NCBI GenBank assembly: GCA_019056805.1
Contig: DXJG01000007.1
Coordinates: forward strand, 30,001 to 62,000
Direction of reading: 5' to 3'
Length of the DNA: 32,000 nucleotides
Source: Candidatus Baldrarchaeota archaeon
GTDB taxonomy: Archaea; Asgardarchaeota; Baldrarchaeia; Baldrarchaeales; DXJG01
Shown here: positions 1-12,500 of the stretch, one piece after another
Layout of the letters: every line of letters starts with the position of its first letter
Numbering within the stretch: position 1 is the first letter of the stretch
Made by a program: the position numbers and the translations under genes
Notes under the pieces: model-generated
The model's input: the letters and a program-made list of their open reading frames with translations, nothing else
The model's database searches: none
Told to the model about the DNA's origin: nothing

Positions 1-1
1 T

Positions 2-487
2 GCCTATGTTCATCCTGATGCCGTAATTATTGGGGATGTAGAAATTGGAGAGAGGGTTTTTATAGCGCCCGGTGCTGTACTGCGTGGAGATAATAACAAA
101 ATTATAATTGGAGACTACTCAAATGTCCAGGATAATGCTGTGATCCACACTGAGCCAGAATTTGAAACTATAATTGGAAGATATGTGAATATTGGACATG
201 GAGCAATGATACATGCTCATATAATCGAGGATTATGCAGCAATAGGAATGAATGCAGTATTAGACTATAGGAGTATAATTAGGAGAGGAGCAATTGTAGG
301 AAACGGCGCCGTTGTACCGGGATTTAAAGAGGTTCCAGAGAATACCATAGTGGTTGGAATACCAGCAAAGCCGTTGAGAAAAGTAGAGGGAAAAGATGAT
401 CCAGCTAGAAAAAGAATAGACGGTTTTCTAAGTCGATATAGAAAATTTACAACGCTTTATCGTGAAGAACTTCAAAGAATAGAATAG
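2..487 (+). CDS. gamma-class carbonic anhydrase-like hexapeptide-repeat protein (YrdA/CaiE/PaaY family), 5'-truncated by the window edge
   Basis: The frame is open from position 2 (AYVHPDAVIIGDVEIGERVFIAPGAVLRGDNNKIIIGDYSNVQDNAVIHT...), well upstream of the track start at 140. It has left-handed beta-helix hexapeptide repeats, LRGD and QDN motifs, and three candidate metal His (VIH, IGH, MIH). Confidence 0.9.
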   Translation, partial: AYVHPDAVIIGDVEIGERVFIAPGAVLRGDNNKIIIGDYSNVQDNAVIHTEPEFETIIGRYVNIGHGAMIHAHIIEDYAAIGMNAVLDYRSIIRRGAIVGNGAVVPGFKEVPENTIVVGIPAKPLRKVEGKDDPARKRIDGFLSRYRKFTTLYREELQRIE

Positions 488-572
488 TCTCATGTAAATA
501 TCCTTGATTTATCATTCCATTAGTTCTTCAATTTTCATTTATTTGTTAGTTAGGATGTTTTGAGTTATTTGA

Positions 573-2882
<2,310 letters not shown>

Positions 2883-2945
2883 CAATAATTTTCTTCACAT
2901 CATGGATTTTAATGATTAAAATCTTTATGCAAGTAGCAATGAAGT

Positions 2946-3644
2946 TTATTTTGTGGTGTCTAGTTTTTTGGAGAGTTCTTCTATGGTTATTGGAAGTGCG
3001 TATTCAAATGTACATGCTTTTGCTGAATTAATCTGGCATTCCACTTCTTCTGATTTAACTACAGGTACTCCTAGGTATTCGAGTGACCCTAATATGAAAC
3101 CGTTTACAAATTCACATACTTTTTTATTTTCTGGTTTTCCATCGCAAGGACAATTCGCAACTGAAATAGTTATTTTTCGATCTGTTGGTTTAAATTTTTC
3201 CACTCTATAACTTAATCTTGGCAACATAGTGGGAACAAATATACCTAGTACATATTCGAATTCAATAGGTTTACTTTCTCCTTTAAGTTGCATATCTTGA
3301 TATTTAGAGCATAGTTTTCCCAGTTTATATCCGATTTCAAAAGGTGAGGGCAAGTGTTTTTTCTCAAGAAACTCATCTAATACTTTGATGAGGCTTTGTA
3401 TAAGGAATCTTGCTATGTCGGTTTTTCTATATTTGAAGGTTGTACGAAGAAGCCAGAAAGTATATTTTCCTATATTTCTACTAACAACAAGTCCGGCTTT
3501 TTCCAGTTCTGGCATATATTTTGCGATCGTATTACGATGTCTCTTTGTAACTTCGGATATTTCCTCGATTGTCATGCCCCACACGGTTCCTTCTAAGGCA
3601 TTTAAGATCTCTTCAACTATTTTTTTATTTAGTTTCTTGATCAA
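2946..3644 (-). CDS. winged-HTH + V4R domain transcriptional regulator
   Basis: N-terminal wHTH (MTIEEISEVTKRHRNTIAKYMPELEKAGLVVSRNIG). C-terminal V4R pattern VCEFVNGFILG...EEVECQINSAKACTFEY. TTG start with GGTGA 9 nt upstream. Confidence 0.8.
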   Translation of the reverse strand: MIKKLNKKIVEEILNALEGTVWGMTIEEISEVTKRHRNTIAKYMPELEKAGLVVSRNIGKYTFWLLRTTFKYRKTDIARFLIQSLIKVLDEFLEKKHLPSPFEIGYKLGKLCSKYQDMQLKGESKPIEFEYVLGIFVPTMLPRLSYRVEKFKPTDRKITISVANCPCDGKPENKKVCEFVNGFILGSLEYLGVPVVKSEEVECQINSAKACTFEYALPITIEELSKKLDTTK

Positions 3645-3727
3645 CTCTGGTACTCACCTTTGGCACTGCTTTGACTGATACTCTCCTACTCTTTCATCTA
3701 AGTTAATAATCATTACCATATATAAAA

Positions 3728-3745
3728 ATGTGCATTAATGCACAT
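3728..3745. promoter_or_regulatory. perfect 18-bp palindrome ATGTGCATTAATGCACAT, copy 1 (candidate operator)
   Basis: Read directly from the sequence. It lies in the divergent intergenic region between the HTH-V4R gene and the ABC operon and abuts a minus-strand TATA-like TTTTTATATA. Confidence 0.75.
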
Positions 3746-3751
3746 AAAGTT

Positions 3752-3775
3752 TATATGTGCATTAATGCACATATA
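3752..3775. promoter_or_regulatory. perfect 24-bp palindrome TATATGTGCATTAATGCACATATA, copy 2 of the same 18-bp core (candidate operator)
   Basis: The identical 18-bp core at 3755-3772 is 27 bp from copy 1 start-to-start. It overlaps a plus-strand TATA-like TTTATAT at 3750-3756. Confidence 0.75.
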
Positions 3776-3877
3776 CATGTAGTTACCTATACACTAATCA
3801 AGATCCTAGTACTACGGGTGGAAACCGTGGGACAAAAGAACCCCTCAGACAGTAATAAGCAAGGAAAACCGGTTCAT

Positions 3878-4999
3878 ATGATCTCCATTGCTGGCGAAAT
3901 CTTCGAAACAAAAGTATTAGCAGTAATTCTACCAATGTTTGCAATAATGGAGAGTTTGAGTTTTCTAGGAAACTTTTACACAGTTACATCTATCTTTCAG
4001 ACACCTCTCAACTACGTTACAAGCATTATCGTAATTTTCTTCAGTCTTCTAGGCACATATGGAACAGTCAAGAAAAATAGGTTTTTGCTTCATCTATCAT
4101 TACTAGCACCCATCACGATTATAATTTCTACAATTCAATTTCTAATTATTTCTAAAACTTCCCTGCAAACTATTTACCTGATATCTGGAATTTCTGTTTT
4201 AGGAATAAGCTTACTTTGCCTTTACACTTCTTATAGAACCTTATCCTATTTACAAACTTTACAATCTTCCATCTCAGAAACACGAGAGAGGATAAAAAGT
4301 GAGTATACGGTGGAACTTATTGATGTGGTAAAAATATACAAGATAGGGCCAATTGAGGTTCCAGCATTAAACGGTGTGAATCTTAAAATTAAGAAAAGAG
4401 AGTTTGTAGCAATAATGGGTCCTTCAGGTTCGGGTAAATCAACTCTTCTACATATAATTGGTGCATTAGATCGACCTACTTCAGGCAAAGTTATCATTGA
4501 TGGAGTAGATATTTCCACCCTCAGCAATGATGAACTTGCAAAACTGCGTAATAAAAAAATTGGCTTTGTTTTTCAAGCATACAACCTAATTAACAGATCT
4601 ACAGTGCTTAGAAACGTTGAGTTACCTGCACTTATAGGAGGAACGTCTAAAAAAGAGCGTATAAAGAAGGCTATTAAACTACTTGAGACCTTAGGGCTGA
4701 GTGATACTATTTATAGGAAACCTAAGACATTAAGTGGCGGTCAACAACAGCGTGTGGCTATTGCTAGAGCAGTAATCAATGATCCAGAAATCATTTTGGC
4801 TGATGAACCTACTGGAAACCTTGACTCTAAATCAGGTAGAGAAGTTATGATGTATTTAAGAAAAATGAATAGAGAATTAGGAACAACCATAATTGTTGTT
4901 ACCCATGATAGAGAAATTGCTGAGATGACTGATAGAATAATTCACATTCGAGATGGAAAAATCATTGGAGAAGAGGTTTTAAGGAGGAAAGAAACATGA
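3878..4999 (+). CDS. LolD/MacB-type ABC ATPase with an N-terminal ~4-TM extension
   Basis: Walker A GPSGSGKS, Q-loop FVFQAYNL, signature LSGGQQQR, Walker B/D-loop ILADEPTGNLD and H-loop VTHD. Four hydrophobic stretches precede the NBD. The start was moved from 3728, which runs through the palindromes, to ATG 3878; GTG 3818 is an alternative. Confidence 0.85.
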   Translation: MISIAGEIFETKVLAVILPMFAIMESLSFLGNFYTVTSIFQTPLNYVTSIIVIFFSLLGTYGTVKKNRFLLHLSLLAPITIIISTIQFLIISKTSLQTIYLISGISVLGISLLCLYTSYRTLSYLQTLQSSISETRERIKSEYTVELIDVVKIYKIGPIEVPALNGVNLKIKKREFVAIMGPSGSGKSTLLHIIGALDRPTSGKVIIDGVDISTLSNDELAKLRNKKIGFVFQAYNLINRSTVLRNVELPALIGGTSKKERIKKAIKLLETLGLSDTIYRKPKTLSGGQQQRVAIARAVINDPEIILADEPTGNLDSKSGREVMMYLRKMNRELGTTIIVVTHDREIAEMTDRIIHIRDGKIIGEEVLRRKET

Positions 5000-6630
5000 A
5001 GAAACCATATACATTTTTAATTATTGCGATTTTGATGATATTTATCGTAAACATAAGCTTTATGAATGTAGTCTATGCTCAAACTTCCGTGGATTTTGAA
5101 ATACTTAGAGTTGTTTGGGGAACTCCCCAAGATAATCCTATAATTGTTAATCCGGGAGACACAAATGTACCTCTCACAATATATGTGAAAAACAATTCTA
5201 GTGAAAGCCTTGTAGGTGTTAGAGGAGAATTAAATCTTACAGAACCGTTTAGGCATACTGAAAACAATAATTATTCTGCTATCTCTATCGGGACACCCAT
5301 TGAAAGTAGCAATGTTCTTTCGCCAACAGGAGAAGTTTTACCATGGGGCACCTTTACCCTAACATACCATTTAAACATAAATAACACCGCTAAGAAAGGC
5401 ACATACACGTGTACATTAACCATATACTACACAGTAAACTCCAGTACCCTCGGTTATGTCCCAGGCGTACCTAGAACCTATTCCGTAACAATTATTATAT
5501 ATAATCGAGCACCATCTATTGAATCTTATCGACCAGCCGATCTAAATGTCGCTGTTTATGTAAATGATAGTGTAGAGTTTTTTGTTAAATGCAGCGATCC
5601 AGATAACGATACTTTGAGCTATGAGTGGACTTTTGATGGCGAAGTTGTTGCAACTACAAATAATTATACCTATATAGCTACGGAAGATGATATTGGAACT
5701 CATAATTTAGAGTTTGCAGTTGACGATGGCGAACTTAGAACAACTATGACATGGACCATCACTGTTACAAAAACAATCATAACATATGTTAATGTAAGTA
5801 GTAATTATCTTTTTGGCGGCTTTGAAACAGAAGTAAACATAACAATCAGAAATAATGCATGGGACGGAACTGTCCAGATTTCCTTTGGTATTCAATCACC
5901 TCTAGTTATTCATGGAAACAGTTCTTGGACATTTAAGTCAGTGTTTCCAAATCAAGAACTTACCGTACCCGTAGTTATTTATGTTCCTAAAGCTGCTATA
6001 GGTAACACGTTCACAGGAACCTTAACAATAAGTTACGACGATGAATATGGAAATAGCTATACAGAAAACCATAACATTGGTTTTGTGGTCAGAGGCCAGG
6101 TGTCTTTGGTTGCTTATGATTATGCAATTATACCCAATCCGGTTTCGCCAGGTGAAAAGGTTTCAATCAGTGCAACTTTATTGAATAAAGGTACAGTGAC
6201 GGCAATGTTTGTTAATGTATCGATTCAACCAAATGAGGTTTTACTTTTATCTCAAGAAAGTAGTAGCTATATTGGGGAAGTTGAAGAAAACTCTCCAGTT
6301 CCCTTTACAGTTTCGGCCTATGTTAAGTCAGATGTCCAAAATGGAACGTACCCAGTAATAATTACTATTACTTATACAGACGATTTATTCGAAGAACATT
6401 TGTTTAACATTACAGTGGAAATAACAGTACAAAAGTCGTCTGGAGACGAAACAGCGTCTGAAGAAAAAGTTGGTTTCCTTGAATTACTTTATCGCGGTGG
6501 TTTGACCATCTTAATAAGTGTAGTAACGTTAATCGCAATTGTAGTGCTTTACCTTAAAAGATCCGCAAAACCTCTGCCTACTTCTTTCATGTTTGTAAAC
6601 TATCCGCTTGGTGGTAACATTGAATATTGA
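4996..6630 (+). CDS. secreted/membrane-anchored COG1361-like (S-layer-domain) Ig-repeat protein associated with the ABC transporter
   Basis: N-terminal signal peptide, repeated beta-rich Ig-like units (VNPGDTNVPLTIYVKN, VSPGEKVSISATLLNKG), a NRAP...SDPDNDTLSYEW Ig domain and a C-terminal TM followed by KR. ATGA overlap with the ATPase stop. Confidence 0.75.
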   Translation: MKKPYTFLIIAILMIFIVNISFMNVVYAQTSVDFEILRVVWGTPQDNPIIVNPGDTNVPLTIYVKNNSSESLVGVRGELNLTEPFRHTENNNYSAISIGTPIESSNVLSPTGEVLPWGTFTLTYHLNINNTAKKGTYTCTLTIYYTVNSSTLGYVPGVPRTYSVTIIIYNRAPSIESYRPADLNVAVYVNDSVEFFVKCSDPDNDTLSYEWTFDGEVVATTNNYTYIATEDDIGTHNLEFAVDDGELRTTMTWTITVTKTIITYVNVSSNYLFGGFETEVNITIRNNAWDGTVQISFGIQSPLVIHGNSSWTFKSVFPNQELTVPVVIYVPKAAIGNTFTGTLTISYDDEYGNSYTENHNIGFVVRGQVSLVAYDYAIIPNPVSPGEKVSISATLLNKGTVTAMFVNVSIQPNEVLLLSQESSSYIGEVEENSPVPFTVSAYVKSDVQNGTYPVIITITYTDDLFEEHLFNITVEITVQKSSGDETASEEKVGFLELLYRGGLTILISVVTLIAIVVLYLKRSAKPLPTSFMFVNYPLGGNIEY

Positions 6631-7819
6631 AAAGTATCTTTCTCTTCTACCCCTTTCCTTTGAAGCACTAAAGGAACGAAAGTTACGTTCTACTTTAACA
6701 ATTCTCATGGTACTTGTTGGTAGCGGTCTTCTTGTTGCAGTTAATGGGATTAGTACAGGAACTTTAACTTATATTGACCAACAATTTTCGAATTTAGGTG
6801 CAAACTTGATAATTATGACTCCTAGAGGCACAGATTTTGAAATTGATGATAATATAGTTAAGGAAGTTTCTCGTATTGAAGGTGTAACTGAGACTATTCC
6901 CTTTATACAATCGGTAGTTCGTATAGAGTCTAGGAGAGAAAGCCAATCAGTAGTTGCAGTAGGGGTAGATCACTCTAAGCTCCACTTAATATTTCCAACC
7001 CTTAAATTAGAAGAAGGAAACCTTGTGTCTTACACAGACAGTGTAGGAATTGTTCTGGGCAATTTGGTTGCTTATGGTTCAGGCGGAGAACCTTTCGCAA
7101 CAGTTGGGCAAACAGTGAAACTAAGGTATAGTACTACGATTGAAGGAGAACAAGTCGTATTTGAGAAAAATTTCATAGTTCGTGGAGTATTGGAATATAT
7201 AGGTAGTGGTTTAATACCTGTAGATCAAATGGTTTTCATCTCGCTCCCTGCAGCTAATTCGTTTTTTGAACGACACAACAAATATGATGGAATATATATA
7301 ATAACGGCTGATCCTTCTTTGAACGATGAAATTATGGATCAGCTACAAGATATGTATAATGTAAATGTTCTTTCGCCACAAACTATTATTGAAGTAATTA
7401 ATCGAGTTAGTAATGCAATATCATTCTTTGTAGGTAACATAGCTACGGTATCACTTCTTGTAGCTTCTATCGGAATTATTACAACTCTTTGGACCTCTGT
7501 ACTCGAGAGAATAAGGGAAATAGGTGTACTAAAATCCATAGGATTTCAAGAAAATGACATACTTGTTCTTTTCTTAAATGAAGCCGCTATTATAGGTATG
7601 ATTGGAGGGACTTTAGGTTTAATTTTTGGAGTTATACTTGCTCGTATTCTCATGATAATCATATCACCAGAATTTGCAACCGTTATACAACCTATTTTCA
7701 CCGTGGAAAGCTTGGTTTCTACATGGCTTCTCAGTTTAGGTTTAAGCATAGTCGCTGGACTTTATCCAGCTTGGAGAGCGTCAAAACTCGACCCAGTGGC
7801 AGCACTAAGACATGAATAA
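6608..7819 (+). CDS. MacB/FtsX-family ABC transporter permease
   Basis: RKLRSTLTILMVLVG N-terminus, large extracellular loop, SVLERIREIGVLKSIG motif and C-terminal GLYPAWRASKLDPVAALRHE. The true start may be TTG 6620. Confidence 0.92.
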   Translation: MVVTLNIEKYLSLLPLSFEALKERKLRSTLTILMVLVGSGLLVAVNGISTGTLTYIDQQFSNLGANLIIMTPRGTDFEIDDNIVKEVSRIEGVTETIPFIQSVVRIESRRESQSVVAVGVDHSKLHLIFPTLKLEEGNLVSYTDSVGIVLGNLVAYGSGGEPFATVGQTVKLRYSTTIEGEQVVFEKNFIVRGVLEYIGSGLIPVDQMVFISLPAANSFFERHNKYDGIYIITADPSLNDEIMDQLQDMYNVNVLSPQTIIEVINRVSNAISFFVGNIATVSLLVASIGIITTLWTSVLERIREIGVLKSIGFQENDILVLFLNEAAIIGMIGGTLGLIFGVILARILMIIISPEFATVIQPIFTVESLVSTWLLSLGLSIVAGLYPAWRASKLDPVAALRHE

Positions 7820-7953
7820 ATCGGAATCAAAGAACATGAAGTTACTTACAATCTTTTAGCTGTTTTAAATAAGTTAATACGTTAACCCTTGAAATAGAAA
7901 CCTTATATAAGATTTAGCTTTACATATAGTTTAGACTTGATAAGAGATAGGAC

Positions 7954-9396
7954 TTGAGTGAAATGAGAGGGGAAGAGAAAACAAAAAACTTGGATAAGAT
8001 ATTTAATCCAAAATCCGTCGCTATAATAGGAGTCTCGAATGATCCTAGGAAACTAGGTTATCAATGTCTTAAAGCATTGTTAATGGACGGATATCAAGGG
8101 AAAATTTATCCTGTACATCCTCAACTAAAAGAATTAATGGGAATAAAAGTGTATAACAGTTTGGATGAGATAGATGACCATATAGATTTAGCTATTATAG
8201 CAATATCTGCCCCAAAGGTTCCAGATGTTTTAAAAGAATGCGCTAAAAAGAATATAAAAGGTGTAATTATTATTTCTTCTGGTTTTAAAGAACTTGGTAA
8301 GCAAGGGGAAATCCTTGAAGAGCAGTTAAAGAAAATTGCTGAAGAACATAGTATTTGTATAGTGGGGCCAAATTGTCTTGGAGCAACAAATACAAAGATA
8401 AATTTGAACGCTACCTTTTTCCCAAGCTTTGTAAAAGTTAAATCAGGAAGCGTTTCTTTGATTAGTCAAAGTGGGGGAATTACTGGAAATCTTCTTTATC
8501 ATGCAGTTGACATAGGAACCGGGATTGCAAAATTTGTAAGTGTAGGAAACAGATGTAACTTGGATTTTGCGGATTATATTGAATATTTTTACAGAGATCC
8601 TGAAACGAAGGTAATTGGAATATTTTTAGAAGGTACAGAAGATGCGAGGAGAATGTATGAGGTCGCGAAACAAGTCACCAAAATGAAACCTATACTTGTG
8701 TATAAGGCTGGTAAAACGAAAACGGGAAGGAAAGGTGTTAAAAGTCATACGGGGTCTCTAGCTGGAAGATCTGAATTGTATAGTGCAGTTTTTAGACAAG
8801 CAGGTATCATAGAAGTTCAAAGTATAAAGGAACTGGTAGAGGCTGCAAAAGCATTGTCTGTGGTAAAATATCCACCGAAGGGAAATCGTGTAGCAATAAT
8901 AACTCATACAGCTGGACCTAGTATAGTTGCAACTGATATACTGGAGGCAAGAGGCTGCAAACTAGCGGAATTATCAAAAGAAACTATAAAAAATATACAA
9001 GGTCTTTTACCGTTTTCGATACCGATAACAAACCCTTTGGATATGCTTGGATTTGGATACGCAATACCTGAACTGTATGGTGAAACTGTAAAGAGGATAT
9101 TGGCGGATAATAATGTTGATTTTCTCTTAGCAATATACTCACCTTCTTTTCAATCTGAAATAAGAGTACCTGCGAAAGAATTGATTGAAGCAGTTGAAGA
9201 GTACAGAAAGCCGGTAGTGGCGGTTTTAAATGCACCAATATCCAAAAAACCTAAGGAAGCAGAGAACTTGGAAAAAGCAGGGATACCGGTGTTTTTTGAT
9301 CCTGAAAGTGGTGCAAAAGCTTCGGCAATCCTCATATACTATTACACAAAAATAAAACCTAAAATTTTAGATTCAGACATATTAAATTCTGAATAA
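7954..9396 (+). CDS. acdA: acetate/acyl-CoA ligase (ADP-forming) alpha subunit
   Basis: FNPKSVAIIGVS CoA-binding N-terminus, VGPNCLG, SQSGG, SHTGSLAG phospho-His motif and NPLDM. The length fits an unfused alpha subunit. Confidence 0.88.
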   Translation: MSEMRGEEKTKNLDKIFNPKSVAIIGVSNDPRKLGYQCLKALLMDGYQGKIYPVHPQLKELMGIKVYNSLDEIDDHIDLAIIAISAPKVPDVLKECAKKNIKGVIIISSGFKELGKQGEILEEQLKKIAEEHSICIVGPNCLGATNTKINLNATFFPSFVKVKSGSVSLISQSGGITGNLLYHAVDIGTGIAKFVSVGNRCNLDFADYIEYFYRDPETKVIGIFLEGTEDARRMYEVAKQVTKMKPILVYKAGKTKTGRKGVKSHTGSLAGRSELYSAVFRQAGIIEVQSIKELVEAAKALSVVKYPPKGNRVAIITHTAGPSIVATDILEARGCKLAELSKETIKNIQGLLPFSIPITNPLDMLGFGYAIPELYGETVKRILADNNVDFLLAIYSPSFQSEIRVPAKELIEAVEEYRKPVVAVLNAPISKKPKEAENLEKAGIPVFFDPESGAKASAILIYYYTKIKPKILDSDILNSE

Positions 9397-9576
9397 TCTA
9401 ACAAAAATGTCATAAAGTATCATATAATCTTTATTTTTCATTAAATGGTTTTAAGGTCTTCAAATGATGCTGGTAAACGCTAATTGTTCTATTTTTGTTT
9501 AACGTAAAATATTATAATGGTAAACTGCAAATTTGAACTTATAATATATATTACAACATTGTATGCGGGTGTTCTG

Positions 9577-12500
9577 ATGAAAAGGACCATCTGCATATTA
9601 ATAATTTTAGTGATGACATTAGCAGCCATTATGGATATAGTTGCCATGCCAGAGATAGATAGCGGGTCCCAGATTATAACTGCAGATAGGAAAGTATCAT
9701 CTAACCTTGAAGATGACGTTATAATGTTAAGTAAGAACCAACCGCTTGAAAACCTCACAGCAGAACGTTTTTCAATTATCAGTTCGTTTCATCGTGCACT
9801 TGGTAACTTTACTGGAGATGATATGCCAGAAGTTGCCTCAATAGCATATATAGACGGTAGAATACATTTCTATGATCTAGTTAATCGACAAACGTATGCA
9901 ATTAACAATGACACAGCTGGACCACAAGCTTGGAATGGTCTAATAATTGCTCGAGGAAATTTTGACCCAGACCCATGGGACGAGGTCATTACTATTAACA
10001 AGACTGGTATCATAACAATTATAGATGGCAATGCTACAACTATCAAACGCATCGATCTGAACATTACAGAAGATATTAGTAATGTCATGTTTTTCGAAGT
10101 AGTTGATTTAGATCTTAATGGATACTCTGATACAGTAATGCTACTTAGAACAAACACATCGAAGGAAATTTTTACTATAGTAAATGGGACTCCTAGCGCT
10201 ACCGAGGTGGTTCCTACAAATTTAACCTTGTCTCTTGCATTGGATGTAACTATAGGCAACTTTGCAGCCAATGATGGATTAGAACTTGCAATTGTATATT
10301 CTGACTATACAGTAACCGTATATAATTATACATTTCAGCGTCTTGTGAATAGTACTATTCCTAATGTTTGTAGGATAGCAACTATAAGCAACGCATCTTG
10401 GCACTATGATGCCCTTATTGCACTACTTTTAACCACACCAAAAAATGTAACTATTTACAATGCAACCACGCTAACGCCGCTTGGCTACTCGACGTTAGTC
10501 GACTTTTATTTGAATGTAAAACCAAAGGCAGCTGACCTTGATGACGACAAAACAAATGAAGTTATAATTCCTACAGCAGATGGATTTGCAATTTTTGACC
10601 TAAACACAAATAATATTACAAAAACAGCTATTCTATTTACAAATAGCCCAACATATCTTATTACATCGAAAATCACTAGAGACCAGACCTATGACTTTGT
10701 AATTGGCAACAATGAAGTTCTATTCATGTTTAAGGGTGTCAAGGGTAGTGTTGCAAAGCCGAGAATTCTGCGAAAAATTTCTGAGCCTTCCTATATTCAG
10801 ACATGTGAAGTATGGCAATACGACACTGGCTTACCGGATCTTTTCGTTCTAACCGATCTAACTGATTTTTCTCTTTATGTTTATAGGTCAGATTCTAGTG
10901 CGCCACGTCTTAGTGATTTGAAAGTCTATCCTACTAGACCAACAGTTGATGATAGCTATGTTTCTATTTCAGCAAAAATCATCGACGAAGGTGTTTTTGA
11001 TAATCCTGTTTTAGTCTATAACATTACTACGGTCAGTGGTACACTTTTAGAGCAAGGAGAAGTTTTAATGGTATCAGAATCATATATGAGTGATACCTAT
11101 CTTGTTTATCTTTCGGATTTAAAAGCTGGGACATATACTTTCAAAATTATTGTAACTGACAGCTACGATAATAGAGCGATTTACGATAACAACGGTTCCC
11201 TATATACATTCAATGTTTACAGTAAACTTCTGTTTCGAACAACGCTTCAAACGGTTACCTTGACCGCCCCTACTATAACTAGTGATCATCCAATGGATTT
11301 AGGTAAGCTGGATGGAGATCAATATGATGATGTAGTAATTGGAGTTTCAGATCATGCAGAGATCATATGGGGTAACCATAGCGTTACAATACTTGATACA
11401 TGGGCTGATGTAGACAATGTGGAAGTATATGTTGCGAATCTGCTAGCTGGTTCAAACGACGATATATTAGTTTACTATTATAATGTTACAAGCTCTCAGT
11501 ATCAAATTAATATTTATGACGGTTTTTCACTAGAGGTATCAAAAAGATATACGTTCACCTCGGAAGTTCAGAATTTTGCATTTGGCGATGTTGACGGTGA
11601 TGGATATGAGGATTTAGTGTTTAGTTTAGATGTAAATACTACACACGACAAACTCATCGTAATGAATACGGTAACCAGTGTAACTTTGCTAGAAAAAGAA
11701 ATTATAAACACCCTTTACGTTGGAGTGTTCAATCTTACAGAAGACCAATACATGGATGTTATTGCGGTATCATTTGACTCCTCAACTAAGATACTTAATT
11801 TAACTGCTTATGCTGGTGAACAAAATTTAAACATGATATACTTTTTCAACCAGTCTTTCCCAAGCGACGAAGATGTATATGAAGTGGTGGTTTTTGTCGA
11901 TAACTTCATAACAACTGAATATTTGCAGGTTGCACTTGCCACAGGTTTATCGGGACATGACAAAATATTTTTATTGAACGCTAGTAACGGCTACTATTTA
12001 AAAGAGCGCGAAATACCATATATAACAGGACTGACTCCTGTTGATTACGGATTCGATGGGATCAAAGAGATATCCCTTATTTTATACGATAATTCACTGA
12101 TTATAGTTAGTTTGGCTAACGAATCCTTCAGTTTTAAGAAAGATTCGTTACTCCCAGAAACGCCTATTTCAACATTTTGGGATCATTTCGATGAGGATAA
12201 TTATAAGGACTTGATATATGTTCTATCTGATGAGATCGCTGTATATTCAATTGCTGAGGATCGTTTCGAAGTTGTACAGTATCCGTTCAGAATGATACAT
12301 TCGGCGAGTATTGGTAAATTCTTTGAACTTCCAAGCAAAGACATCTGTTTCCTTACGTATGACTTGATTTTTGAAAAATACATAAACATAAATATGTTCT
12401 ATAGACCAAACATTACTTTGTCCCTTAGCAACAATATTGTAGCTCAAGGCGAATCCACCGAGGTAATCGTAGAGATTAGAAACGTGTTTGGAGATCCTGT

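Noticed and set aside
2946-3300. Calling the V4R domain a TRAPP/Bet3 subunit
   Set aside because: It is fused to a DNA-binding HTH and retains the sensor-type Cys/Glu pattern.
3728-3775. Possible mini-CRISPR array or transposon end from the repeated palindrome
   Set aside because: There are only two copies with a 9-nt spacer, and no cas or transposase genes. An operator fits better.
3728-3877. ORF-track N-terminus MCINAHKVYMCINAH... of the ABC ATPase
   Set aside because: It is a translation of the palindromic regulatory DNA; a downstream start is more plausible.
9517-9576. ORF-track start of the 1638-aa protein
   Set aside because: A canonical signal peptide begins at ATG 9577.
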